A model generated the notes under the pieces. That model was not told the DNA's origin and searched no databases. It was given only the letters and a program-made list of their open reading frames with translations. The translations under genes were made by a program, and so were the position numbers. Positions 46,600 through 60,834 of a stretch of DNA of 64,000 nt are shown here, one piece after another; position 1 is the stretch's first letter, and each line of letters opens with the position of its first letter. The stretch comes from the human T2T-CHM13v2.0 reference genome, Homo sapiens: the NCBI RefSeq assembly GCF_009914755.1, contig NC_060937.1. One strand, 5' to 3'.

Positions 46600-47000
46600 T
46601 CACATTTACTTCTACTTATTCCACATTGCTGTGGCCTCTCTCTCTCCCCACCTTCATCATTCATCCCTCAGCCCTTCCTGTACCCAGCCTCAGAACTATT
46701 CTCTGTCACTACCTTAAGTGTGGCAAGTCCATCTTTGTCTCAGGTTCATTGCATTTGCTTTTTCCTTGCTTTTAACTCTTCCACCAGATCTTTGCATGGC
46801 TGTTCCCACCTTTCAGGTAAGAGGTAAGAGTTTACATTTCCTGAGTGCACCAGCTAAACTAGCCTCTTGTTGTGGACATTATTCTGTTGTATTTTCTTAA
46901 ATGGTTCGTATCCTACAATATATATTTATTTGTATTCTTTATTGTTCCTCTTCACTAGAGTGAAAAATGCATTCTAGTTTTAAACCAGTGTACAACAGTG
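46600..47000. mobile_element. L2 fragment
   Basis: TTTGTCTCAGGTTCATTGCATTTGCT...TTCCACCAGATCTTTGCATGGCT. Confidence 0.5.
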
Positions 47001-49259
47001 TAGGTATATCAATACATAATTTTAAATTAATTCATTAATTTAAATACAGAAGAGCTGAGTAAAAAGCCAAAGTTGGATTTTACTATCAATAATCCTCCAG
47101 TGATAAATCATAATTATTTGAATTAAATGATTTTAGATTGAAAATCATAAGTGGCTGAAAAGCATCAATAAAAGTTATAATCTTACAAAAGCAATCTGAA
47201 GACCACTTCAGTAGGATTGCGTTTCAGGCTCCAGTGCTGAGTCTCTGAATTTGCTAGTTGAATTTTTTTTAAAAGGCATCATCCTAGTATATATTTGGAG
47301 GAACCAGAATTTCTTTATATGTTACTTGGTAAATAAAACATTATTATATATTTCCTCTAGATTTCTTTATCTGGATTGGGAAGATTAATGAACATAGCCT
47401 GGTTCTGTTTTCTTTACATCTTAGAGATAATTTGCATATTATTAGTTAAGTGTTACAATATTTTGGAATCTATAACTGAATATTTTTCTTAATAGAAATA
47501 TAAATTTTAGAGTGTAGTTTTAAAATATTTTGAATGATATATCACTGCAACCTACTTGAAAAAAATAGAAGACATGAATCCAGAGACAAAAATATGACTT
47601 TCTATATTCACAAAATGAGTCATTTAGGGCTGATGGGTACACACAATCCGAGAATCCCTTTGCCAAGTATAGTGCACATCCCACCAGACCACACTGCTAT
47701 GTAATAATGATATTGGAAAAAGCACAAATGAGAGCAGAAATGATGGCAGTTTCTAATTCAGCTTTGGCCGATGAGCTAAATGAACTGGCTGGCAGTACTT
47801 ACAGGAGAGGGACTAGGAGGAGTAGCAATAGCCAATTTTCTGTGCAGGCTAATACAACATTTTCTTTAGCAGAGGAAATTGGTTGAAAGTTTCTCCCTCC
47901 ATTTTCAAATGCCCTTTTTTCAGTGATTCTTAAGAGCAGTTTCCCATAGTATATTTCTGTTTTTGGAAAAGTTTTAATAGTGGAAGCCCTAGCAAAGTTG
48001 TAATAGTTTCCTCTGCACTAAAGTCAGGTTTGATGAGCACTGGCAGGTTTTGATCCCTTGTACCAATGGTTCAAACATATCCAAAGGTTTCTGAGAGAAG
48101 GCCTAGCAGGTCAGGCTGTGTACCTAGGCTAATCAATTTTAACTCTGATTCTGCAAGGTACCTGCAGTGCCGGGGGGGTGGAATTGGAAATGAGAGTAAG
48201 GTAGTGAGGACTGAGAATTTGATCCCATTTAACCTTCCAGTTAATCTACCGTGAATCAGTGCTAGACAAAAGCAAATGCAAGATTCTTTTGAATTTCCTC
48301 TCCACCAGCTACAAGTAGGCATATATTTGGGCAACTGTTTTTAATGGTTTATATTTATTATTGTTTCTTTTCATGAAAAAATCATCATCACATTTTATTA
48401 TTCTTTTAAAAAAGACTTACCACTCTGACAAGTTTCTAACTAATTATATAATTACTTCATTAGGTAGCATAATTAGAAATTACTTGAAGTATAGAGAGTG
48501 CCTGGTAAAGAAATGCTTAATTTACTAAATAATTTTGACTCAAATGATTATTAAGTTAAAATCAGAAGTTGCCGAAAACCTCAAGTAATGCTTTCTACCA
48601 GTGCAACATGATAGAGTAATTGCTCAATTAGCAATTAGTTACAAACAGCAGTGCCCTTTATTTTTACTTAAAATGAGAAAGCCGACGTCTACTCCTCAAA
48701 AATGAATATTAATTAGATGGGAAGTTTTTTCTTTAAAAAAAAACCTTATGAGTAGGACTTAGTCATACAGAAGCCCTGTATGATGTTAAAAATTTAAGTC
48801 CAGAAATAAAGAAAATTTTCCCTTAAATCCTTTAGAAGCAAGTAGGAGAAGGAGAAATTCTGACTTAAGCTTAATTTTTCTGACTAACTTTATTAAAGTG
48901 AACTGAGTTTTTAAATTATTATTTAGAACAAAGAATGGTACAGTCCATGTCTTTCAGCTTTTAAACTGTTAATCTTTGTAAATAAAGATGATTATATATT
49001 TCTCAAAAACACACCTTACATTTTAATATAATCATGCTTGCCCTTTTAAATTGAGGCATTAATAACAATTCAACTTCTCTTTCTCCTTTCTCTTAGCATT
49101 AGTTCACATCATGAGTGGGATGGTTAGGACATAGTCCACACTGCAGCTCGAAAATGTTATTTTTCTTTTTGAAACTCACCTATCATGTGTTTTAATTAGC
49201 ATATATACAGCTGCTTTATAGGTTTTGTGTCTGTTTGTGTTTTTTGAAAGGTAGTAAAT

Positions 49260-49480
49260 GTTGTGAAAGGAACAAAGATTTGCAGGCAGGTAGATATATA
49301 CTTAATTGGTTCATATCATGACTCGTCCCCTTATTAGCTGTGAGACATGGAGCAATTAATGTAAATTACCTCAGACTGTTTCCTCATCCCAGAAATAAGG
49401 CTCAATGTGGCTCTTTCCTAGGGAAATGTGAGGATTAAATGAACTAATGTAGGACCTGCTGTCACATGTAGAACACTCAA
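49260..49480. mobile_element. MIR
   Basis: CCCTTATTAGCTGTGAGAC...CCTCAGACTGTTTCCTCATC...GTGAGGATTAAATGA. Confidence 0.65.
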
Positions 49481-49767
49481 TAGCTCTGTTCCAAACATAG
49501 CTCAATAGCTCATGTTCCAAACTTTCCAAACTGGAAAGATTCAGGCAGACATGGGATAATCGTAAAACTGGAATGTTGAAGAAGGATTTTTGGGGAGAGA
49601 CTTGCTTTAATATTATATAACATCTTCTCTATTTCTATACTTCAGTGTTTTGAAACCAAATTATTGCTAAATATAATATTGGCAGGTTGATACCAAGGCA
49701 AGTAAATATATTTGCCTAATGGGAGAAAATATAAGATAAAGCAAATGTATAAAACTAAACACATTTC

Positions 49768-50085
49768 CATCTTAGTTCATTTGGGTTATTACAAAATGCC
49801 TTACACTGAATAATTTATGAACAACAGAAATTTATTGTTCACAGTTGAATAATTTGTAAACAACAGAAATTTAGCATTCACAGTTCTGGAGGCTGAGAAG
49901 TCCAAGATAAAGGTGCCAGGGGATTCAATGTCTAGTGAGAGCCGATTCCTCATAGATGGTATCTTCTATGCGTCCTCACATGGTAGAAGAGCAAAAAGGG
50001 GCTAAGAAGCTCCCTCAAGCCTCTTGTATAAAGGCACTAATACTTTTCATGAGGGACCTGCCCTCATGACATAATCATCTGTCAA
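49768..50085 (-). mobile_element. MaLR LTR (MST/MLT1A-like)
   Basis: CTTAGTTCATTTGG...ACAACAGAAATTTA...CACAGTTCTGGAGGCTGAGAAGTCCAAGAT. Confidence 0.8.
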
Positions 50086-50599
50086 AGATAGAATCTTTTA
50101 CATTTGGAGTGTACATTTAAGTTGAGAAACGGTTTTGATACATCATCTTCTAAAGAGGCCAACACAGTAAATGTTGCTCTACCGTCTCCAAGCCTATCTG
50201 AAACTTTGAATTATTATTACGAAAGAAATATAGTATTGGTGTTCATATTTAATTAATACCTCAAATTTTCCATTAAAATTAAATGCATTCTTTATGGGAA
50301 TTCACTTCTAAAATGAAACAAATATCATTATAGATTACATATATATAAAAATATTTGTACATTGGGATTGCTACAGGGATTCCCAACTCAGTTTGTATTA
50401 CTTTCTGCTACTACCAACTGGTTTAACTGCTCAGAACCGTAAGAATAAAGTGTATTGACGTCTGTTAGTTATATATTTATATAAATTTTTTCAGCCTTGA
50501 AACTTGGTTTGTTTTTAAAAAGAAACAATATGATGTCTACTCTTCCTGTTTGAAGCTAAAATGTATCTACCTGATTTTCTAGACTTCTACAAATGGTAG

Positions 50600-50860
50600 A
50601 TAAATATAAACATGCACACACACACGTGCACATGCACGTGTGTATATATATACATATAAGTGTGTGTATATATACACACAGATGTATACACATTATAAAT
50701 ATACACACACATTATAAATATATGCACATACATTATAAATAGTGAAATGTATGTACACATAGAGATGTGTATATATGATATACACACAAATGAATACACA
50801 GATGTGTATACATGATATATATCATATATACACACAGATGTGTGTATGTATATATATATT
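50600..50860. repeat. Degenerate TA/CA/TG low-complexity repeat
   Basis: Direct reading; explains spurious ORF 50587-50937. Confidence 0.85.
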
Positions 50861-51653
50861 TCACTATCTATAATGTCTTCCATATGCTTAACTATTCTCA
50901 TAAAATAAAAAAGAATAGCAAATATTTTTATAAACATTCAGCTTGATTTCCACTACAAAAAAAACCTTTAGTTTTTAATTTATTCTAACTTATTTTAATT
51001 ACTTTTGACTTCCTCAGGTAAGTTAGTTTTTGCATTTATTTGAGAGGATTTGGGGTTCCAACGGGTAGAACAGAGGCACGAGTTAGACACACATAGTATG
51101 GAGGGTGGCCCAAAAATTTCACATGGAGTTCATCTCAGCGAATGAAGTATGCAGGTAAGTTACATTAGATATTACAGAGTAAATTTGATCTTCAGGGCAA
51201 CAGTGGAGATTGAGACTGTAATTGATAGTGAGAAAGAGACCCCAACACAGAAACAAATGGAACAAATCGAAAAGATGATTAACAACATACCTAAAAGACA
51301 AGATCGAGTGAGTCTGGTAAGTATTTCGTGGGTTTCCTTGAATTTTGTTTAATCAGTATATAAACAGTCTTAAGATTAGCCCTTCATATTCTCAAATATA
51401 TCACATGCTGATTACAAAATTGATGGCACCATTTTAATAATATAGAGTTTTTCTCTTATTTATTTAGTTAGACTTAATCCATTGCCCTCTAGTTTCACTG
51501 TATTCTACAAGATTTCCATTATTTAAAAATAATAGCAGCAATAACTGAAGATAGTGCTTGGTCTTTTATAAGCTTCATAAAAATCCTCATTTAAACCCTG
51601 CAAAGAAGTTAAATAGTTTTCTGTTTATAAACAAAGAAACTGGCATTTTGTAG

Positions 51654-52001
<348 letters not shown>

Positions 52002-52689
52002 TAATTATGCTCCACTTGGTTGGTGATTCAAGTAATCTAAATTCAGTTCTATAAAGTTCACGATGAACATCTATTATTGTGCAAAGATTGGACTGGGCAT
52101 GTGAGGGGGAATAAATGATTACAGAACTGCACATCTTTTTCAAGTGCAGGTTATAGCAGAATTATTAGTTACCTAAAATGTACCTGAGAATGCTAAATTA
52201 CTTTAGTACAAGGCATTTTAATGGAAATTATAACCCTGAATATCAACACTTTCAAATGTCTCAACTATTCCTCTTTCATTCACTTTTCACAATCTTATAC
52301 TTTCATCATCCTTATTTTACATCCATTTTTCCAGGGATACTGTCATAGATACTTTGCTTTTCACATGTTTGTGTAAATTAAGTCTCTTTAAATACATGAA
52401 AGAGCAGGGCAGTAACTATAAGGGGCATATTTAAATAGGCTATTAAACACCAATGTGATTTTTAAAAGCAGGCAACCCCTATGGATAAACACACTCCTTA
52501 AGTACATAATTTATTTATAATTTTAAATATATTTTCTGAAAAGTGAAAGAGATGTGTACTAGAAATAGTAAAGTGTAAGAATAGACTAGTCTTTCAAGAA
52601 AATTCTTCATTCCTTTGTGTTCAACATGAATGCTTTTTTTTTTACTACATGCGTACACACTCTCTAGTTTATACTGAAGAAAGGGAAAA

Positions 52690-52860
52690 TACATCTAATA
52701 TTTACTAAATGCCTACTATGTAGCAGGAACTGTCACATGTGGCTTCTAATTCTAACAATGCTTCAAATTATTATTATCCTCATTTTCTGTATTAAAAAAA
52801 TGAGACATTGAGAGGTTAAGTGATTTGCCCAAAATTACACAGCTGGTTATCATGGAGGAA
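52690..52860. mobile_element. MIR
   Basis: TTATTATCCTCATTTT...GAGAGGTTAAGTGATTTGCCCAAAATTACACAGCTG. Confidence 0.7.
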
Positions 52861-53817
52861 ATGACTCCATGCTATCTTCCCACAGTGTGCTGGAGTTGGA
52901 TTTAAAAAGAGAACAACACAAATGTAATTGTGATAACGTTTTTTAGACACATAGATTCAGTTATAAATTTCTAAAACCTGTGTATTACTTTTTTAAACGA
53001 CCCTTTTACATGTTAGTATGTTACATTGTTATATTTATATATTAATTTTTTATTAACTAGGCAGTGTTTTCTAGCAAATATCTAGTGTTTTCTTATTTAT
53101 ATACTAGGTCATAATTTGCTTTTGTTTTGGTAATTGAATTAAACCTGATATTTTTCATTTTTATTTGTGCAATCTGTGCCTCCGAGAAGAATTAAATGAA
53201 TTAAGCAATATCCATGGTGTCATAGCCCCATGTATAGTCATCTCTCAGAATCATTGTTCGACACTCATGGATCCCCCTTCTCTGGGAATGGTCTGCAAGA
53301 GTCATGTTGGGGTGGCCTTCCAGCAACCATATTGCTACTAAATGGCCTTTCTTTCATGACCATGACTGACGGATCCAGAGGAGGTCATGGACCAACCTAG
53401 GTCAATCAGAAGTTTTACCATTTTGATAAGAGAGACATAGAGACTGAGAGTAATTAGAGCCGAGATCATGTTCACTTGAATACTTGTGTTAATTCATAAA
53501 TCTTTTGTGCAGAGCTCTCCAGAGCAGTCCTGACCCTGTTTTTTCAGTTGTTTGATTTTAAAGCTTGTTTTTGACTTCCATGAGATTTGCATGATTTTTT
53601 TTTCTAATTCATTTAATTTTAGATCTAATGAACTAGAGTTTCCTATTGCCTGCCACTAAAAGTATGATCACTCATATATGGCCATAATCTTACAAGAAGG
53701 AAAAGAGAAACCTCTCCAAATGAAGGGCGTTCATAATGAGAAGGATGGCCCATGGAAGGATGGCGCACTGGTAGATTCAGTATTCACAATCCATGAAAAT
53801 GCCTCATTGCACACTAT

Positions 53818-54265
53818 ATGTACACTTTCAACTGCTGCTATAAGTTACCAGAAATTTAGTGGCTTACAATAACATAAATTTATTTTTCTACATTTCTGAA
53901 GTCAGAAAATCAAAGGATTAGCGGGCTATTTTTTCTTCTGGAGGCTATAGGGGAGAAATCCAGTTTCTTCTGTCTGCATTCTTTGGGATTGGCCACTTTA
54001 TCACCAAAGTGCATCATTCCAACCACTGGTTTCATCTTTACATCTATTTTTTGTGACTTTGATCTTTATGCCTCTCTCTTATAAAGACTTTTGTGATTAC
54101 ATTGCTCTCAGTGGTGAATTTGGGATTATCTCCACATTTGCTTAATCACATATGCAATGCCCTTTTGACCCTGTGAGGTAAGGTTCACAGTTTCTGGGGA
54201 TTAGGATGTGCATATCATTTGAGACCACGTAGATTATTTAGGGGTCATTATTCAGTTTGCCACAC
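53818..54265 (-). mobile_element. MLT1 (MaLR) LTR
   Basis: TTACCAGAAATTTAGTGGCTTACAATAACATAAATTTAT...TCACAGTTTCTGGGGATTAGGATGTG. Confidence 0.75.
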
Positions 54266-54544
54266 TCTAGTACACAGATTATTATGATGTTGATAAAAGG
54301 ACTGCTAGGGGTTTCCTGATATCTTGAAAGTTGGCAATGCAAAATTGCCGGCTTTGAAGATACCAGCAAATCTCGTTAGATCAGTAAGGCTTCCTAAGAT
54401 TCCACAAACCAGAGAAAGTTCTAACTTCTATGCATTATGGTGAAATCTAATAGGGAGCCAACAAACAATAATAAAAGATCCATTTTCTTTCTGTTACTCC
54501 ACACATAACAAAACACCTTTTTTGACCTCTTTTGCAGAAAGGTT

Positions 54545-55220
54545 TGTTTTTAATTTTTTATTTTCAGTTATCACGGATGCATAGCAGTTGTACATATTTA
54601 TTTGGTACATGTTGTACTTTGATACAAGCATACAATATGTAATGAACAAATCAGGGTAATTGGGATATACATCACCTCAAGCATTGATCATTTCTTTATG
54701 TTAGAAACATTTCAATTCCACTCTTTCAGTTACTTTGAAATACCCAATAAATTATTGTTAACTCTTGTCATCCTATTGTGCTACCAACACTAGGTACTCC
54801 TTTTATTTAACTTTATTTTTGTACCCATTAACTACACCTATTTATCCCCCTCTTCCCAATATTCTTCCCAGCCTATATTAATCTTCATTTTACTCTCTGT
54901 ATCTATGAATTCAATTTTTTTTTAACTCCCATATGTGAGTGAGAACATGCAGTATCTGTCTTTCTGTGCCTGGCTTATTTTACTTAACATAATGTCCTCC
55001 AGTTCCATCCATATTGCTGAAATGACAGGAGTTCATTCTTTTTAATGGCTGAATAGTGTTCCATTGTGTACATGTGCCATATTTTCTTCACCCATTCATC
55101 CATTGATGGACACTTAGGTTTATTGCATATCTTAGTTATTGTGAATAGTACTGCAGTAACTATGGGAGTTCAGGTATTTCTCCAAAATAATGATTTCCTT
55201 TCTTTTGGATATATTTCCAG
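54545..55220 (-). mobile_element. L1MA (MA2/3-like) 3' end
   Basis: GATACAAGCATACAATATGTAATGAACAAATCAGGGTAATTGGGAT...TTTCTGTGCCTGGCTTATTT. Confidence 0.82.
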
Positions 55221-56239
55221 AAAACTATGGAAAGACTAAGGAGAGTGAGAACTCTAGTGACCAGTATATTTAAGTTAATTAACCCACCCAAGATTACTTA
55301 TAAGTTAGTGTTTATTTGTTATTGCTGTTCACAATACAGTAACAACTAGTATTTTAAAAGAAAGGATGAATTTGGAAGTAGTAAATTAATTAAAAATCAG
55401 GTTATAATCAGGTTATAAATCAGTCCAGGAAGTTTTACATACTGGTTGATTGTGTACTCTCTTATGAATACAAACATTTGACCTCATTTAAATAATATTT
55501 TTAGTATCTTCCAAATAATAGATTTATCCAAGACAAATCCAATATCACTTATATCATAAAAAGGTTCTATAATGAAGAAACAATATTAACTCTATTAATT
55601 GAAACAAGAGAGAAAATATAACATGCCTTGATTTTAATAAACATAGCTTATAATTAAAAGTTGATTTTTAAAGCAAGGCATATTTTGCATCTTTGTTTGA
55701 ATGAAAATGAGTATCAATGTCACTTGAAGTTTAGTGAACCCAAGTAATTAAGGCCCAGATGCTCTGATTGACCCTCTGTCTGCACACTGTCAAATGACCC
55801 AGATTGTCAACACTTGTTTACAGAAACCCTGATCATAGAGGTGCATAACCCCAGGTTCTTAATACCTACAATTGTCAATCACTACAAACAGAAACTCAAC
55901 AGCAGTGACCCCTGTGAAGCAGAATTAGTTCTGACAGATTTGATAATAGTGAAATGTCTCAGGGTCTGCAACAGTGACTATCATGAGCATTTACTTCTTA
56001 ACCCCCAAGAAACTGCTAAAAGAAGCAGCAGCAACTCTCTGTGATTTTTCCTTCCCTAGTAGAATAAAAAGGGACTTTGGAGGCCATACTGTAATTAAGA
56101 GACAGTACTCACTTTTAACCATTCAAATACTAATCAAATAATAAATTTCCTTCAGTGGACACCTCACTGTAAGGCAATGAAAAAGAATATCAAATAACAA
56201 GATAAAATAAATTCCACTTTTTTCTCATCTTTTTTCAAT

Positions 56240-57360
56240 CAAGTTCCATACAGGTCACTTAGCTTTCTGAGTTTCAGTTGCCACATAATCATTGTAAAAA
56301 TAATACTTCATTGTTGATATTTCTTGACCACTTCCTCAAAACACATCTAGTTTTAGATTAACTGATTAATCTTCAAAATTATGTTGTGTGGTAGATACTA
56401 TTATTATCAGCATTTATCAGTGAGGAAACTGAGGCTTAGAGAAGTTAAATAAATTGTCCAGGGTCTTACAATAGAAAGATAATGATACTCACTTTTAAAA
56501 ATTTAGAGTCATCTGAGATTCAAGATAATAACTTTAAAATGAACTTTTAAACTCAAAAGTAGATTTTAAGATTTCAATAAGTATAGCACGTGGCAGAGCA
56601 CACTTAATGTACACATAGATGCCCTGTGTTTTAATCCTTGCTGTGCATATATATATGTTTTACATATAAAATATTATGCAATTTTCTGTGTAAATTAAAC
56701 GAGTCAATGCATGCCAACACTGAGTAAGGTGCATGACACAGAGAAGGAGAAAATAATTATTATTTCCATTTACTTAGTGTCCTATATTTTTTTCCTGGTA
56801 GTAAAGTAATATGGTAGAATGTAAATGCCAAAGATTAGGAAAGCAAATAGACATTATTCCAAATTTTTTCTCCACCCTTTGATAATTTAGTAATGAATTT
56901 ACTTAAATTACATAACCCTGTGTTGCCATTGCTATATGGGAAATCATGATATGGTTTGTAGAAAACATTAAATTAAGCAAAATTTATAAGACACTAGCCC
57001 AGTGGTTGGGATGGATTATGAATTTAACAAATTATGTTCTCTCTAATTCAAAGTACCTCCTACAAACTGCCATGCAATGAACTGTTTAGTTGAGGGGCTG
57101 ACAAGGGATCTGCAGATACAAAAGTGAGATTAAAACCAAAACACTCCTTAATTTGACAAACAGGTATTGAGTACCTGTTTTGTGCAATCATACTGCTCTG
57201 AAATGACATTCCATGATGAACAAGACAGAGTAAGATCACCAAACTATATCCATAGCAAAGAAAAAAAGCAATGAATATATAAATGAATAGTATATTAAGT
57301 GCTAAAACTAAAAAAAAAAAAAAATAGAAAATTGGGATGTGATGCCATTTTCAAAAGGGT
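56240..57360. mobile_element. Cluster of MIR and L2 fragments
   Basis: GTGAGGAAACTGAGGCTTAGAGAAGTTAAATAAATTGTCCAGGGTC; TATTGAGTACCTGTTTTGTGCAA; boundaries approximate. Confidence 0.55.
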
Positions 57361-57506
57361 GTTTGGAGGGAAGACAGCCAGCCACGCAAAGAAGGCCCTT
57401 CACCTCCCATGATCTCTTCCCCTCACTGTAACCTCTCTTGATAACTGATTATGTTTTCCTCTGCATTTTCTTGCTATTCCTTCCATCAAAAGTAAATAAG
57501 CACAAA

Positions 57507-57868
57507 TGTATTAGTTTGTTTTCATGCGGCTAATAAAGACATACCCAAGCCTGGGCAATTTACAAAAGAAAGGGATTTAATGGACTTAAAGTTCCACATG
57601 GCTGGGGAGGCCTTACAATCATGGCAGAAGGCAAGGAGGAACAAGTCACATCTTACATGGATGACAGCAGGCAAAGAGAGTTTGTTCAGGGGAACGCCTC
57701 TTTACCATCAGATCTCATGAGACTTATTCACTATCACAAGAACAGTGCAGGAAAGACCCACCCCCATAATTCAATCACCTGCCTCCAGGTTCTTCCCACC
57801 ACATGTAGAAATTGTGGGAGTTAAAATTCAAGATGAGATTTGGGTGGGGACACAGCCAAACCATATTT
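57507..57868 (-). mobile_element. THE1 (THE1B/C-like) solo LTR
   Basis: TGTATTAGTTTGTTTTCATGC...GATTTGGGTGGGGACACAGCCAAACCATAT; 5-bp TSD ACAAA at 57502-57506 / 57869-57873. Confidence 0.92.
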
Positions 57869-58039
57869 ACAAATACACATTTTTCAAGGTTTTGCTACCA
57901 GTAAATTCTGAAATCACACAAGCAAACAGAAGCACAAAAGCACACATATATTTTTAAGCTTGCTTAAAGTTACCAGAGAAAGCTTACACTTACTTGATTG
58001 TAGAGTCATAAGTTTTCATTATTTTATTAATAGTTATTA

Positions 58040-58780
58040 GTAAGCTTATCCTAAAACAGCGGCAACAGCTTACATTTCCACCAGTAACAAATAAACATGC
58101 TCTCTCACTTGCATCACTGGTAACAATAGGAATAGGCCCTTTGAACTTTTAAATTTTTGTCTATTTCATAAGTAAATATAGTACCTTTAGGTTATTTTGA
58201 CATTACTTTCTTGATGACCACTAAGTCTGAGCATCTTTTCGCATTTGTTAGTTATTTGGATTTGCCCTTCTGTGAAATGCCTATTAATATCTTTGTCTTC
58301 ATTTTTCTTCCATGTTGTTTGTTTATTCCTTTTTTATCTGTCTTTAAGTGTTTCTTTATATTTTCTATTCCTTCTATTTCCCATATTTTTCCCAGATTTG
58401 CTGCTTTATTATTGACATAGTTGTTGTGACCTTCTCTATGCAAATTTAATTTTTATATTATGAATATGGGTTTTGGGGATTCCCCAGACTAATTTTATAC
58501 TTAATCAAGTAGATTTTCCTTTTGTGTTATCATTATTTTTACACTTATAGTACTACTTTTTTACATTTGTAGTATTATAGTTATGATTATTTCATGTAAG
58601 TATGTAATTCATCTGGAATTTACATTGTATTTGTAATATAGGATAAAGCCTAAATTTTGCTTTTCTCCACATTGCCATCAGTTTTTATCAGAATCATTTA
58701 CTGAATAATAAATAGAGTAACTGGAAACATCATTATATATTAAATCTTCACATATACAAGGATCCATTTCTAGGTTGTTT
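58040..58780 (-). mobile_element. Ancient L1M ORF2 fragment
   Basis: TTACATTTCCACCAG...CCTTCTGTGAAATGCCT...ATTCATCTGGAATT. Confidence 0.55.
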
Positions 58781-60834
58781 CTGAAGTATATTTAAGGAGA
58801 CTGAGTAATCCTATTTGTCAATATCATAGTGAGAAGGAAGATAGTAGCATTAAGGAAGCTGGATAAAAAGATAAAGCCAGATCATATAGTGTTTGCAGGC
58901 TCTTTTAAAATAAATTAGAAGTAAGGATATTAATTTGGTTTAAAAAATCATGTTGTGTTTGGTACAGATAGAAGATACGGGGTAAGATAGTAGAAGAAAA
59001 GGCCAATTCAGGAATCCAAGCAAAAGAGATTATAGCAGAATAGATGAAGTAGAACTAATTGAAAATATTTGGAGTCTTTGGCTAGTCTTTATTGTCTAGG
59101 TTACTCTAGATAACCCAAATATTAATATTTTGGGGGCTATATTACAGTGAGCTGAACCACAAGGAAGTGTATACAGGAAATTTCACTTTTCTAGGATGCT
59201 TAGAGAATAGTTTCCAATAAATCAGAAATGCTAGTTACCTGATACTTAATCAGAAAACTTCTGTATTTGAGCATTGCTTGTTGATGATATTTCTTATTTG
59301 TATTCATCACCTTTCCTAAGATAGTTAAGTTCAGTTTATTGAAGGTAATTGAATCTTTCATGATTCAGAATCCAGCAATGCCTCAGGGACATCATTCCAA
59401 ACATCAATCCTCATTTTATGGGCATAGATCAGACTGAAACTCTAGTGAATGTAAGTAAAACTCTGGAAATTGCATTTTTACCAAGCCCTGATATCAACCT
59501 AGTTTATTATTTCTTTTTGGGGTCATTTGACTTTTTTCCTTAAAAAGCTGACAGTCTAACAATTTTGGTTAAGTGAAGGTTCAGGTTTATTGAATTTCTA
59601 TTACAAATATTTAACTGTAACATTTATAGTGCATCAGAGGATTCAATCTTTTTCTTAAGAGAATTTTTTAAATTGGTTCCAATATAACAGGTATCACAGT
59701 GTGGACACTTTAGTGAAAGTATGGGGAAGGAAAGGAAGGAGGCTATGGAATTTGTGTCAGATATTAACAAAGTAGCACTATGTTGGATTTTGACCAAATC
59801 CAGAATAACCTGAGTCTTGTCTTGTACCAATCAGTAACTCTTCCCTTGTAGTTCACAAAATAAATATATTACTGTTAGGTGGAAGCTCCGGATTCAAATA
59901 TAGGGTGAAGTTTAATGAGCTTCACTAGGAGAAATGGAAGTATCTTTTTGCTTAATTGCAAAGCGGCCTTGAGTCCAGAACAGCCTTTTATACCCACAGC
60001 TCAGACATTTCTCTTCCAGCAACAAGGATAGGCAACGCTGTATCATATCCATCCTTAAAAAGTGGAAGAGAGTTGAGTAAAGAGCTTTCCCTATTGTTTA
60101 GAGAAAAGCTATCTAGCCCTCAAACTTAAAGAGTTTTAAGGGTAGGACAATGAGCTTGGCAGTTACCTTCTGGATAATCTATCCTCATTGATTTCTCATG
60201 GCAGAGAAAGAGACATACAGGAAAACAAAAAAGATATAGAGACAGATGCTGAGAATAAGATGAAAGAGAGAAGTATTGGGAAATGAGAGGGAGAATCCCA
60301 GGCCACTTTATCACTCTGCATTTATTAAAAAATTCCAGAGAGAAAAAGCCACCTATTTCCCAATATAGACTACCTCTCCAGCTAATGATACACCACAACA
60401 AAAAGTGGTCTAATTAGCGTCCTTTGATCAATCCAATTAGCACTTTTCTTTGGTAGTGGTACAGTGTGGTGGTGATGGTGTTGTGATAACTGAAATATGG
60501 GGATGAAGAGCTAGAAACTTTAAACTCTTTTTCCTTTAAAACCAACGGTATATGTCTTACTAAAGTATGATTTTTCTCTGTCTCAGAAGGCAATGCCTTT
60601 GGCAAAAAATCTCAATGAACATTCATGGTGCATAAAGGGGCACCACTTAGTTAATGTGGTGAACTATAGCAATTCTGAGATCACTGGAAGATTAGATGCC
60701 CCAGAAAGATCAACCACGCCCTTTATTAAAATTAATAAAAGTATAACTTATTAGTTAGAGATCTGAGTTTGAATATCTTAAGACATTTGCTATGCATTAG
60801 TGCTTCTCTAGAATGTCTTTTAGAAAAGAAGAGG

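Noticed and set aside
46795-46830. Second AG|GTAAGA recursive-like motif
   Set aside because: Inside an L2 remnant, short pyrimidine tract, no clear branch point
47797-47860. Minus-strand exon candidate (KLAIATPPSPSP | GTAAGT)
   Set aside because: Acceptor lacks a pyrimidine tract and the exonic donor bases are non-consensus
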